A DNA stretch of 64,000 nucleotides from Candidatus Eiseniibacteriota bacterium (lineage in GTDB: Bacteria; Eisenbacteria; RBG-16-71-46): assembly GCA_038231135.1 (NCBI GenBank), contig JBBRLX010000018.1:15477-79476 (forward strand), read 5' to 3'. The translations under genes were made by a program, and so were the position numbers. Positions 25,855 through 36,360 of the stretch are shown here, one piece after another. The stretch's first letter is position 1, and the number at the start of each line of letters is the position of its first letter. The notes beneath the pieces were generated by a model. The model was not told the origin of the DNA. It worked only from the letters and a program-made list of their open reading frames with translations, and made no database searches.

Positions 25855-26631
25855 TCAGGGGGCGGGAGCCCCGATCGGGAGCCGGAACAGCTCGCGCGCG
25901 TTCGCCGTGGTGATGCGTTCGCCCTCGGCGGGGGTCCAGCCGCGCAGCTCGCACAGCTTGCGCAGCACCCGCCCGAGCAGCGCCGGTTCGTTCCGACGCA
26001 GCGAGCGCGGCTCGGGCTCGAGGTAGGGGGCGTCCGTCTCCAGCATCAGCATATCCGGCGGCGCGAGGCGCACCGCCTCCTCCAGTTCCGCGTGCCCGTA
26101 GGTGAGGCAGCCGCCCAGCCCCAGCTTGAATCCCAGCCGGTGCGCGCGCTCCATGGCGGCGGGGCCGTCGTCGAAGCAGTGCAGCACGCCCGCGGCCGAG
26201 GGCTTTGTCTCCTCGAGGATGGCAAAGGTGTCCTCGAGCGCCGATCGTTGATGGATCACCACCGGCAGGCCCGTGTCCTCCGCGAGCGCGAGCTGGGCGC
26301 GGAACCAGCGCTCCTGGTCCTCGCGCGGCGCATGGTCGCGGAAGAAGTCGAGGCCAGTCTCGCCGATCGCGACCACCCGCGCGTGGCCCGCATGATCGCG
26401 CAGTGTCGCGAGGTAGTCGTCGCCCACCTTCGCCGACTCGCTGGGATGAACGCCGACGCACAGGAACACGCTGGCGTGGAGCCGCGCCAGCTCGTGGGCC
26501 CGCGCGACGATTGCCGGGGCATAGGCGATCTCGATGAAGTGCCGCACACCGGTGTCGAACGCGCGCCGCAGCGCGTCCTCGCGGTCCTTGTCGAAGCGCT
26601 TGTCGCACAGGTGGCAATGGGTGTCGATCAT
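25855..26631 (-). CDS. tatD: TatD-family deoxyribonuclease
   Basis: DTHCH, GVHP, IGETGLD, VIHQR, LHCF, LETDAPY, RNEP. Confidence 0.96.
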   Translation of the reverse strand: MIDTHCHLCDKRFDKDREDALRRAFDTGVRHFIEIAYAPAIVARAHELARLHASVFLCVGVHPSESAKVGDDYLATLRDHAGHARVVAIGETGLDFFRDHAPREDQERWFRAQLALAEDTGLPVVIHQRSALEDTFAILEETKPSAAGVLHCFDDGPAAMERAHRLGFKLGLGGCLTYGHAELEEAVRLAPPDMLMLETDAPYLEPEPRSLRRNEPALLGRVLRKLCELRGWTPAEGERITTANARELFRLPIGAPAP

Positions 26632-26718
26632 CGAACGGAACTCCCGCGGGCTCGAGCCGGGTGCGAACGGGCGCCTTCGTGATCGCGCGCGCGAAACGTG
26701 CTACCCATTCTCGCGATC

Positions 26719-27108
26719 ATGACCGACCACCCCCAGGACCCGCAATGCGCAGGGCCCGCCGCGATGGCGTTCGCCGCCGCCGTGGATGCCGGCGACTTCT
26801 CGACGGCGGCGAACCTGCTCGCGCCGGACTGCGAGTACCGGGCGCCGGGCGTGACGTTGCGCGGGCGCGACGTCGTGATTCAGCGGCTCGCGGCCGATTG
26901 GAATGCGCTGGGAGCGGAGTACGACGACGTGCGGCGCGACAGCGAGCTGGAGCTGGATTCCGGCGATGCCGCCACGCTGCTGCGCACCGAATATCTGGTA
27001 AAGGCGGGCGGGGGATTCGAGCGACGGCGGTACCGGTGGGAGATCACAGTCGACGTGGCCAGGCAGGTAGTTCGCGTCGTGAACTGGGGCGCGGATGATC
27101 TGAAGTGA
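26719..27108 (+). CDS. SnoaL/NTF2-like small protein
   Basis: FAAAVDAGDF...LLAPDCEY...LRGRD pattern. Confidence 0.6.
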   Translation: MTDHPQDPQCAGPAAMAFAAAVDAGDFSTAANLLAPDCEYRAPGVTLRGRDVVIQRLAADWNALGAEYDDVRRDSELELDSGDAATLLRTEYLVKAGGGFERRRYRWEITVDVARQVVRVVNWGADDLK

Positions 27109-27159
27109 TGGCGCGGCACGTGGGCTGCACGGCCGCGCGTTACGGCGGCAGCCACCCGG

Positions 27160-28380
27160 TCATCGACCGGGACGTGCTCGTGATGGGACGCCACCCGTTT
27201 CGCACGGTATTGCGACTTCGACACGGATCGTATCGCGGCGTTCATCCGTAACGTCGAACCAGCGCTCCACATCACGACCCGGAAGCAGATGCACCTTCAG
27301 TCGCTGCCGCCCCGCGGCCAGCTCATCGAATCGGAACCGGCCCAGCGAGTCCGTCGTCGTTCGTGAAGCTCCCACGGAGAGCGGGATGTTTGCGAGGGCA
27401 GCGCCCGACCCTCGGGCCACGACTCTGCCGGTGAGTTCCGCCAAATATGGATTCGATTGCCGCCGGACGCTTTCGCTCACGAGCGCATGGAACTCGGACA
27501 GCTTCATGCCGCGGGCGTACGGAGCGCAGAACACGCGACCCTGAAACACGATGCCATAGCCGCCCGAAATGGGACTGAACGTAACCGATGGAGTGGTATC
27601 GGTCCGGTTGGGTTGCAGAAAATAGATCGTCTCGGCGCCGATGACGAGCGGTGTCGCGCGGGGGTAGGGCACGCTCCACGATGTATCACTCACCATTGGT
27701 CCCACGGCGCGAATCGGGAGGCGAGTCCACTCAGGTCCGGAAGACTTCCAGGATTCGCGAGGGGCGAGATCGATCTCGGTGGACGGGTTCACAGCACTGT
27801 CCGGAGTCGCGGGATCACGACTTTGGACGGTTTGCATGGCCGCGATCGATCCGTGGACGATTGCCACTGAATTGAACACCGCCTGCTCGAAAACCGAGTC
27901 CCCGTATCGTCCTTCCCCGGTGACGGTGATGTCCATGCAGGTGGTGTCGCTCATGGCGGCGGCGTCAGCTGGCAAGATGCGCACAGCTATGAGCTGTCCG
28001 CCGTCAGAACTGTTGGAGCTGAACCATCGAAACGCGCTGGTGGCCATGACGGAGTCCACGGTGCTGAACCGTGCGCTCGCCACTACCCAGCCGTGATGGC
28101 GAATCCACATGCGCCGGTCATCGGCGGGAACCCCGGCCCGCAACTCGAAGAACTCCTGACCTGCCCGTGACGGCAAGGGGATCACGTCGCCGGCGCTGAC
28201 GGTGACGGTGGTGTCGGAGTCCTGGCGACGACTCACGCTGATCTTGCTGACCCAGTCGATGACATGAACCTGGAGTACGAAGTGCGGCGCCGGAGCTCGT
28301 GAACCGCCGCATATCAGAACCAGGCAAAGCGGGCCCAGCAGCCACAGCCCAGATGACGCAAGCCTGCCGCGTCCGGGCAC
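27160..28380 (-). CDS. Exported hypothetical protein with C-terminal carboxypeptidase-regulatory-like (Cna-B-type) domain
   Basis: Hydrophobic N-terminus; LTGRVV...LANI...TTTDSLGRFRFDELAAG. Start inferred at GTG 28380, just after metG. Confidence 0.65.
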   Translation of the reverse strand: MPGRGRLASSGLWLLGPLCLVLICGGSRAPAPHFVLQVHVIDWVSKISVSRRQDSDTTVTVSAGDVIPLPSRAGQEFFELRAGVPADDRRMWIRHHGWVVASARFSTVDSVMATSAFRWFSSNSSDGGQLIAVRILPADAAAMSDTTCMDITVTGEGRYGDSVFEQAVFNSVAIVHGSIAAMQTVQSRDPATPDSAVNPSTEIDLAPRESWKSSGPEWTRLPIRAVGPMVSDTSWSVPYPRATPLVIGAETIYFLQPNRTDTTPSVTFSPISGGYGIVFQGRVFCAPYARGMKLSEFHALVSESVRRQSNPYLAELTGRVVARGSGAALANIPLSVGASRTTTDSLGRFRFDELAAGRQRLKVHLLPGRDVERWFDVTDERRDTIRVEVAIPCETGGVPSRARPGR

Positions 28381-28384
28381 GCCC

Positions 28385-30118
28385 CTATTCCGCCGTCGCC
28401 GAATCCGTCTGCAGCTCGATCCGTGGGAACAGGATGGTGCCTTCGCCCAGCTTGCGGCCGGCGAGCGCGGGGTCGCCGAACCGCGGCGAAGCCGCCTCGC
28501 CCCGCAGTTCACCCGGCTTGCCAGGCAGGTTGAGCGTCGCCCACAGCTCATCGCTCTTGCCGGGGATCACGGGCCACGACCAGACTGCCACGAGGCGCAG
28601 CGTCTCCAGCAGCGCGCTCAGCGCGGTTGCGAGCTCGACGCGGCGCTCGGGATCCTTCGCCAGCACCCACGGCTTCACCCTCTCGATCAACTCGTTCGCC
28701 CGCACCACCGGCTGCCACGCGATGTCGAGTGCCTCGTGGAGCCTAAGGTCGTGGAACGCCTTGGGCACGCCGGTGTGCGCCTCGCGGGCGGACATGATCA
28801 GCGCCTCGAGCGCTTCGCGCGCCGGTTCTTCGCGCAGCGTGGTCGGCCCCCACTCGGCCGGCACCTCGCCGCCGAAATACTTCTGCACCATCGCGACCGT
28901 GCGGCTCGCGAGGTTGCCGAGGTCGTTCGCGAGATGCGTGTTGCAGTGCTCGACGAACTGCTCGTAGGTGAACTCGCCGTCGCGCCCGGTGGGCACGGCG
29001 TGAATCAGGTAGAACCTCAGCGCGTCGGGCCCGCCGAGCTTCGACAGCTCGATCGGATCGAGCGCATTGCCGAGCGACTTCGAAAGCTTCTCGCCCTTCA
29101 TGTAGATGAAGCCGTGCACGTAGACCTGGCGCGGCAGCGGCACGCCCGCGGCGAGCAGCAACGCGGGCCACAGCACGCAATGGAACCGGCTGATGTCCTT
29201 GCCGATCAGGTGCAGCGCGTTCGTGAACTGGGGCTGGGTCGTGCCCGCCCACGCGGCGCCGGGGCGGCCCTGGCCGTCGAGATGCTGGAACTCGTCCTGG
29301 CGAGCGGCGCCCGGCCCGCCGACCTCGGATTCCTTGGCGAGCCACCACAGCGAATACTTGCGCTCGGGCCAGCCGATCGCCGACAGGTAATTGAGCAGCG
29401 CGTCCGCCCACACGTACGCCGTATGGCCGTGGCTGTCCGGGATCTCGTCGGGCAGCGGAATGCCCCACGGCACATGGGGCCGGGTGACGCTCACGTCCTG
29501 CAGCCCCTCGCGGATCACGTTCATCACTTCGTTGCGGCGATAGTCGGGCTGGATGAAATCGGGGTGCGCTTCGAGGTGCTTGAGCAGCGCTTCGTCGTAT
29601 TCGGACAGGCGGAAGAAGAAGTTGGTCTCGCGGATCTTGCGCGGTGGTTTCTTGTGCTCGAGACAGCGGCCCTTCTCGTCGAGATCCTTGTCCTGCTTGA
29701 ACGCCTCGCAGCCGTCGCAATACAGGCCCTCGTAGACACCCTCGTACAGCACCGCATCGCCGGTCTTCGGGCTGCGCGCGTCCCACAGCCGCCGGAACAA
29801 CTCCTGCACCGCCAGCGTGTGCCGCTGATCGGACGTGCGGATGAATTTGTCGTACGACACGCCGAGCACTTGCCAGGCGGCTTTGAAGTGCTCGGCCATG
29901 GCGTCGACGAATCTCTGCGGTTCGAGCTGCGCCGCCTCGGCGGCCTGGGCGATTTTGTGACCGTGCTCGTCGGTGCCGGTCAGGAAGAACGTGGCGTCAC
30001 CCTGCTGGCGATGGAACCGCGCGAGCGTGTCGGCCACGACCTTCTCGTAGGCGTGCCCGACGTGGGGCTTGCCGTTGACGTAGTCGATCGCGGTCGTGAT
30101 GTAGAAACGGTTGGGCAC
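28385..30118 (-). CDS. metG: Methionine--tRNA ligase (short form, no C-terminal tRNA-binding domain)
   Basis: FYITTAIDYVNGKPHVGH, TGTDEHG, CDGCE, GKDISRFH, KLSKS, LANDLGNL, LFPRIE. Confidence 0.97.
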   Translation of the reverse strand: MPNRFYITTAIDYVNGKPHVGHAYEKVVADTLARFHRQQGDATFFLTGTDEHGHKIAQAAEAAQLEPQRFVDAMAEHFKAAWQVLGVSYDKFIRTSDQRHTLAVQELFRRLWDARSPKTGDAVLYEGVYEGLYCDGCEAFKQDKDLDEKGRCLEHKKPPRKIRETNFFFRLSEYDEALLKHLEAHPDFIQPDYRRNEVMNVIREGLQDVSVTRPHVPWGIPLPDEIPDSHGHTAYVWADALLNYLSAIGWPERKYSLWWLAKESEVGGPGAARQDEFQHLDGQGRPGAAWAGTTQPQFTNALHLIGKDISRFHCVLWPALLLAAGVPLPRQVYVHGFIYMKGEKLSKSLGNALDPIELSKLGGPDALRFYLIHAVPTGRDGEFTYEQFVEHCNTHLANDLGNLASRTVAMVQKYFGGEVPAEWGPTTLREEPAREALEALIMSAREAHTGVPKAFHDLRLHEALDIAWQPVVRANELIERVKPWVLAKDPERRVELATALSALLETLRLVAVWSWPVIPGKSDELWATLNLPGKPGELRGEAASPRFGDPALAGRKLGEGTILFPRIELQTDSATAE

Positions 30119-30374
30119 GGTGGGGTCCCGGGAAAGAGTCGAAGTTCAGTCGAGCCGAGTGTGCGGGCCGAACGTCCCGGCAGAGAGGTGCGGCGCCCCC
30201 GCGGGGGCCGCCAGGGCCGGAACCAATTGGATGCGGGAGCTGCCCAATACGATCGAAGCGCGGCCAAGACCTGTATTCATAGGGGGATCGAGTATACGGT
30301 CGGGTGGCCCGGCGACTCAACGAGGGCCGAAATGCATGGGCGGCCGTGGCTTGCGGGCGTATTATTGACGAACC

Positions 30375-32456
30375 ATGCGATGGCAGCGGAGCGCACTGGC
30401 GGCGGTACTCGTGAGCCTGGCGGGGATTGGGCCGGCTGGCCGGTCGCATGCGGCCGTTTCGGAAGCCCGGGTGTTCGGTGTCTGGTATCCCCTCGAATCC
30501 CATTCACCGGTGGCGCGGCCCGGAGACTCGTTCGTCACGATCGGTGACTCGTTGCGGGACAGGATTCTCCTGTTCGGATTCCCACACGACACCGCGCAGG
30601 TGGTGAACGTCTGGACCTGGGACCTAGGGCGCGATGATGGCTGGCGACCGCTCGACGTCGGGGGCGATGCGCCCAGGCTCCAACTCGTTTCCCCCGTGAG
30701 CTACGACTCGCGAGCGGATCGCATCCTCCTGCTGTGCTGGCGTGATCCCGGCCACACGATCGAGGAGCTGTGGTCGCTGGGGCTCGCTGGGGCGCCGCAC
30801 TGGGCACGCTTGCAGGACGGACCGGGACCTACGCGCTTCCTTGAATCGCCGCAAACCATATTCGATCCGCATGGGAACCGTCTGGTCGCGTTCTATCCAT
30901 ATTCGGCCACATTGTGGGATCTCGATTTCGATGGCGCGAGCTCCTGGCGACAGATCCCGGTATCCGCCAGCATCGGAAACACGGAGGTCAGCACTGCCGT
31001 GCTCGACCCCGCCACCGGGGAGATGGTCCTGCCAGGAATCGAATATTATCGGGACGGATATGTCCAGGACCGGGTCGTCCTGCGGCTGAACTTCAGCGAT
31101 GCGAATGTTGCTTCCCTGATCCGCGTCGTCCCCGCAGGTCCCGAAGACCTCAAGGGCTCGGGGGTGGCCCAGGTCTACGACCCGCGCCGGCATCGCATCG
31201 TCAATGCGCCGGGCGCCGGCTTCTGGCCGACCCTGGCGATCGACGAACCGCGGTGGAAGAGCAACGCCACCGCAAACATCCCCTTTGAACCGGCCATTGT
31301 TTCCATGGCCGTGGATGTCCTCAGGGACCGCATTTTCGCGATCTCATCGGCGCAGACTTATGCGATGCAGCTAAGCGCCGGCGGTGACGCGCCGTTCGCG
31401 GAGGAGATCCGGGCCGACCCGGCGTGGGACGGTCCGAAGTTGCGATGGCGTGTGGGTGGGGCCGTCGAGTTCGCACGGGCAGAACGGCGCGAGGTCGGAG
31501 GTGATTGGCTGCCATTGGGTCCGGCGACGGGCGCCCTGCCCTTTCTGGAATTCGTCGACCAACGGTTCGACGCGAACCTTTTGTACGCATATCGCCTCGT
31601 GGGCGGTGGCGGTGGCAACGGGTTCACGAGCGACACCGTGGGCGTGTTCGTCCCGCTGGATGGGTTCCGGATTCATGCGGCCGGGGCGCGCGCCGACGGC
31701 GACTCGGTTCGGGTGGCGTGGGACGCCCCCTTCGGAGTTCGCGGCCTCAGCCTCCAGCGCCGCGAAGACGGGCACCCCTGGACGGAGATTCGCAAGGTGG
31801 ATCTTCCGGTTGGCGAGACGCTTCGGATCGCCGACGGCGGCCTCGTGGCGGGCGGGACCTATTCCTATCAGCTATGGTTCGATGAACACGGATATGCGAG
31901 CCAGAGTGTGGTTGTCCCCGGTCCATCGGTCCTGTCCGCCACCGCGACGGGGCTCTACGATCACGCAGAGGTAGCGTGGCGGCTCGGTGCCCGGGTCGAG
32001 CGGGCCATCCTCGAGCGCCGCGACGCGGTTGTGGACTGGCGCGCGATCGAGGCCCGTGGCACGAGCGCGACCGGAGAGATTCATTTCGACGATCGAACCG
32101 TGGCGCCGGGCATGAGCTACCGCTACCGGCTCGGTATTCCGGTGGGAGATTCCCTTGCCTACACGGCCGAACTCGAAGTCCGCATCCCGGCGGCGGTCCC
32201 GCTGGCGATTCAGGGCACTTGGAACGCCGCGTCCGGCGGGCTCCAGGTACGTCTCGCATCTCCGGGTGCGGCCCTTATCCGCCTCGAAGTGTTCGACGTG
32301 ACCGGTTCGCGGCTATGGGGTGGATCGGTGGCGCCCGGCTTCGGAGTTCACGTCGTGCCGCTCTCTGGAACCGGGGCGCTCCGCTCCGGGCTGTATTTCG
32401 TGCGGGCGACGCTCGGAACGGCGCGAGCGACCGGCAAGGTCGTGGCGACGCGATAG
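30375..32456 (+). CDS. Secreted protein with kelch-like N-terminus, FN3-like repeats and FlgD/T9SS-CTD-like C-terminal domain
   Basis: Signal peptide; YDSRADR and YDPRRHR repeats; three W...ERR...F.D...Y.YRL units; IRLEVFDVTG...SGLYFVR...KVV. Confidence 0.8.
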   Translation: MRWQRSALAAVLVSLAGIGPAGRSHAAVSEARVFGVWYPLESHSPVARPGDSFVTIGDSLRDRILLFGFPHDTAQVVNVWTWDLGRDDGWRPLDVGGDAPRLQLVSPVSYDSRADRILLLCWRDPGHTIEELWSLGLAGAPHWARLQDGPGPTRFLESPQTIFDPHGNRLVAFYPYSATLWDLDFDGASSWRQIPVSASIGNTEVSTAVLDPATGEMVLPGIEYYRDGYVQDRVVLRLNFSDANVASLIRVVPAGPEDLKGSGVAQVYDPRRHRIVNAPGAGFWPTLAIDEPRWKSNATANIPFEPAIVSMAVDVLRDRIFAISSAQTYAMQLSAGGDAPFAEEIRADPAWDGPKLRWRVGGAVEFARAERREVGGDWLPLGPATGALPFLEFVDQRFDANLLYAYRLVGGGGGNGFTSDTVGVFVPLDGFRIHAAGARADGDSVRVAWDAPFGVRGLSLQRREDGHPWTEIRKVDLPVGETLRIADGGLVAGGTYSYQLWFDEHGYASQSVVVPGPSVLSATATGLYDHAEVAWRLGARVERAILERRDAVVDWRAIEARGTSATGEIHFDDRTVAPGMSYRYRLGIPVGDSLAYTAELEVRIPAAVPLAIQGTWNAASGGLQVRLASPGAALIRLEVFDVTGSRLWGGSVAPGFGVHVVPLSGTGALRSGLYFVRATLGTARATGKVVATR

Positions 32457-32518
32457 CGCCCGCCGCGGCGAACACAACCTTGTGATACTCGCGTCCCCCA
32501 TCCGTACAATGCTTCGAC

Positions 32519-33073
32519 ATGGCCAGTGAAGCGGTGATCGGCAGACGGACGAGCTGGCTGTCGCCCGCGCGCGAGGCGGATTGGGACGCGCTCTACGCGG
32601 AGCAGTTGCCGCGCGTCTACAACTTCTTCCGCTACCGGGTGGGTCCGGGTCCGGTTGCCGAGGATCTGACGTCGGCCACGTTCGAGAAGGCCTGGCAGGC
32701 GCGGCATCGATACCGCAGCGACCTCGCGGCGTTTTCTACGTGGCTCGTGACCATCGCGCGCAACGTGGCGACGGATCACTTCCGCAGCCGGCGGCATCAC
32801 GTGCCTCTGGACGAGGCGCGGGATATCGCGGGTGGCGCGACGCCGGAGGAGCTGGCGGAGCACCGGTCGAATGTCGAGCGGCTCGGGCGGCTGCTGGGCG
32901 GCCTGCCGGAACGCGAGCGCGAGCTGATCGCGCTCAAGTACGGCGCCGGGATGACCAACCGCTCGATCGCGAAATTGACCGGGCTCGGTGAATCGAACGT
33001 CGGGACGATATTGCACCGCACGATCGAAGCGCTGCGCGCCGGCTGGGAGACTCCCGCGGTGGAGGCCCCATGA
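32519..33073 (+). CDS. ECF sigma factor
   Basis: AEDLTSATFEKAW, FSTWLVTIARN, LPERERELIALKY, SIAKLTG. Confidence 0.95.
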   Translation: MASEAVIGRRTSWLSPAREADWDALYAEQLPRVYNFFRYRVGPGPVAEDLTSATFEKAWQARHRYRSDLAAFSTWLVTIARNVATDHFRSRRHHVPLDEARDIAGGATPEELAEHRSNVERLGRLLGGLPERERELIALKYGAGMTNRSIAKLTGLGESNVGTILHRTIEALRAGWETPAVEAP

Positions 33074-33159
33074 TCGAGGCACGCCGCGAGTCACAGGCAG
33101 GGGCCGAACGCAACGACACATCCAGGCGCACACCGCGCCCTCGAACCCAGGGAGCATGA
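33070..33159 (+). CDS. Possible 29-aa small ORF bridging the sigma and anti-sigma genes
   Basis: GGAGG RBS, ATGA overlap with the sigma stop, TGA one nt before the next ATG. Confidence 0.3.
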   Translation: MIEARRESQAGAERNDTSRRTPRPRTQGA

Positions 33160-33160
33160 T

Positions 33161-34201
33161 ATGGACGATCGGTTTCTGAACGAGCTGCAGCAGGCTCCCG
33201 ACCCGGCGTTCGAGTCGGAGCTGGGTGCGCGGCTGCGCCGGCAGGCGCCGGCCCCGCTACGCGCGGCGTTTCCGTGGCGGCCGGCGGTGGCCGTCGCCGC
33301 GGTGGCGGCGGTGGTGGTGTCGCTGTTCGCGTTCCCGTCGCTGCGCGTGTCGGCGCAGTCGATGCTCGACATGTTCCGGGTGCGGAACTTCGCGGCCGTG
33401 AAGTTCGACCCGTCGCGGCTCCAGAAGCTGCACGGGCAGGGGCAGAACGACGGGCTCCTGATGCTGGGCAAGACCGAGACGCTGCAGGAGCCGGGCAAGC
33501 CGCTGACGGTGTCGACGCCGGATGCCGCGGGTGCGATCGCGGGCATCGACGTCGAGACCCCGTCGGAGCTGCCGCGGAACCTGGTGCTGCAGCACATTAC
33601 GGTCGACGGCGCGGCGGCGGGCCGGCTCACCGCGGACGCGACGAAGCTGCGCGCGCTGCTCGAAGCGCTCGACATCCGCGACCTCGACGTGCCGCAATCG
33701 ATCGACGGCAAGACCATCACGGTGCGCAAGCCCGCGGTCGTCGTGCAGTCGTTCGGCAGCGACCACCGGCACGCGGTGCTGATCCAGGCGAAGTCACCGG
33801 ACGTGGAGCTGCCGGCGGGGGTCGATCTCAACCGTCTCGCGGAGATCGGCATGCGCATCCTCGGCGTCGAGCGCGGCCAGGCGCACCAGCTCGCGCAGAC
33901 GGTGGACTGGCACACGACGCTGCTGGTGCCGGTGCCGCCCAACGCCAGCTCGTTCCGCAGCATCGAGGTGAACGGCAATCACGGCCTGCTGATCACCACG
34001 CAGGGAGACTTCGCCTGGGAGCACGAGCGCACGAGCGGGCCGAACGCGTCCGGCGGTAGTTCCTCACCGACGCCGACGCAGGCAGCGGGCCCGCCACGCG
34101 ACGGCGCGCTGGTGCTATGGTCCGGGAATGACCGCGTGTATGCGCTGATGGGCGACCTCGAGGGAGTGGAACTGGTGCAGATGGCCGAGTCGGTGCGCTG
34201 A
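33161..34201 (+). CDS. Putative anti-sigma factor (single TM, extracytoplasmic domain)
   Basis: Follows the ECF sigma; PDPAFESELGARL N-terminus, one TM, AQSMLDMFRV, EVNGNHG...LVLW...ELVQMAES. Confidence 0.8.
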   Translation: MDDRFLNELQQAPDPAFESELGARLRRQAPAPLRAAFPWRPAVAVAAVAAVVVSLFAFPSLRVSAQSMLDMFRVRNFAAVKFDPSRLQKLHGQGQNDGLLMLGKTETLQEPGKPLTVSTPDAAGAIAGIDVETPSELPRNLVLQHITVDGAAAGRLTADATKLRALLEALDIRDLDVPQSIDGKTITVRKPAVVVQSFGSDHRHAVLIQAKSPDVELPAGVDLNRLAEIGMRILGVERGQAHQLAQTVDWHTTLLVPVPPNASSFRSIEVNGNHGLLITTQGDFAWEHERTSGPNASGGSSSPTPTQAAGPPRDGALVLWSGNDRVYALMGDLEGVELVQMAESVR

Positions 34202-34208
34202 CGGGTTC

Positions 34209-35125
<917 letters not shown>

Positions 35126-35126
<1 letters not shown>

Positions 35127-35959
35127 TGCGCGGCATTTTCACGATTGCCGGCCTCACGCTGCACGAGGCGGTGCGCCGGCGCATCCTGACCGCGACGCTG
35201 GTGTGCGGCAGCGCGTTCCTGCTGCTCTACGGCATCGGCGTGCATTTCATCGCGCGCGACATGATCCGCCACGGCGCCGCGCTCATTCAGCAGAAGATGT
35301 TCCTGACGTTCATCACGCTCGCCGGCCTCTACGCCGTGAATTTCCTCACCGTGATGACGTCGGTGCTGCTGCCGGTGGACTCGCTGTCCGGCGAGATCGC
35401 GTCGGGCGTCATGCAGACCGTGGCCTCGAAGCCGATTCGCCGCGGCGAGATCGTGCTGGGCAAGTGGCTCGCCCACGTGCTGCTGGTCGCCGGCTACCTC
35501 GCGCTGATGGCCGGCGGCGTGCTGGTGATCGCGCACTGGATCGGCCACATCACGCCGCCGCGCATATACCTCGGGCTGCCGCTGATGCTGCTCGAGGGCG
35601 TGGTGCTCGTGACGCTGTCGATCCTCGGCGGCACGCGGCTCAGCACGGTGACGAACGGAGTGTTCGTGTTTGGCCTCTACGGCCTCGCGTTCATCGGCAG
35701 CTGGGTGGAGCAGATCGGCACCAGGGCCGGCAACGATACCGCGCGTACCGTGGGCACGATCGCGAGCCTGATCATGCCGACCGAGGCGATGTGGCAGCTC
35801 GCCGCGCATCACATGCAGCCGACGGTGATGCGCGACCTGGGCGTCTCGCCGTTCTCGCCGGTGTCGGTGCCGAGCGTCGCGATGGTGATCTGGGCCGGCG
35901 CCTACGCGCTGGTGACGCTGCTGGTCGCGATCCGGTTGTTCTCGAAGCGCGGCCTCTAG
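35126..35959 (+). CDS. ABC transporter permease
   Basis: LTLHEAVRRR, EIASG...SKPIRRGEIVLGKW, about 6 TM segments; TGATG overlap. Confidence 0.92.
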
Positions 35960-35963
35960 CCGT

Positions 35964-36347
35964 TCAGCCGATGATCGCTTCCGCCTCGATCTCGACCCGC
36001 CAGCGCGGATCGAGCAGCCGCGCCACCACCACCATCGTCGCCGCGGGACGCGTCTCGCCGAACACCTCGCCATGGGCGCGGCCCACGGCTTCGACGTCGT
36101 GCGCGTACACCAGGTACATGCGCGTGCGCACCACGTGCCCGGGGCCGGCGCCGGCCTCGCGCAGCGCCGCGACGATGATCTCGAGACACCGCCTGGCCTG
36201 CGCGTAGGGATCGGGATCGCAGTGGCCGTCGGGCCACACGGGTGCCGTGCCCGACACCAGCACGCGGTCGCCGACCCGCACCGCCCGGCTGAAGCCGATC
36301 TTGGGCTCGTACGGCGAGCCCGAGGACACGGTCTTGCGGTCGCTCAT
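35964..36347 (-). CDS. RidA/YjgF-family protein
   Basis: SSGSPYEPKIGFSRAVRVG, VVRTRMY, RPAATMV, VEIEAEA. Confidence 0.93.
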   Translation of the reverse strand: MSDRKTVSSGSPYEPKIGFSRAVRVGDRVLVSGTAPVWPDGHCDPDPYAQARRCLEIIVAALREAGAGPGHVVRTRMYLVYAHDVEAVGRAHGEVFGETRPAATMVVVARLLDPRWRVEIEAEAIIG

Positions 36348-36360
36348 GAGCTCCTCATGA

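Noticed and set aside
27731..27743. TCAGGTCCGGAAG resembling SRP RNA domain IV
   Set aside because: The following GAAGCAGC and the long flanking helix are absent, and it is within a CDS.
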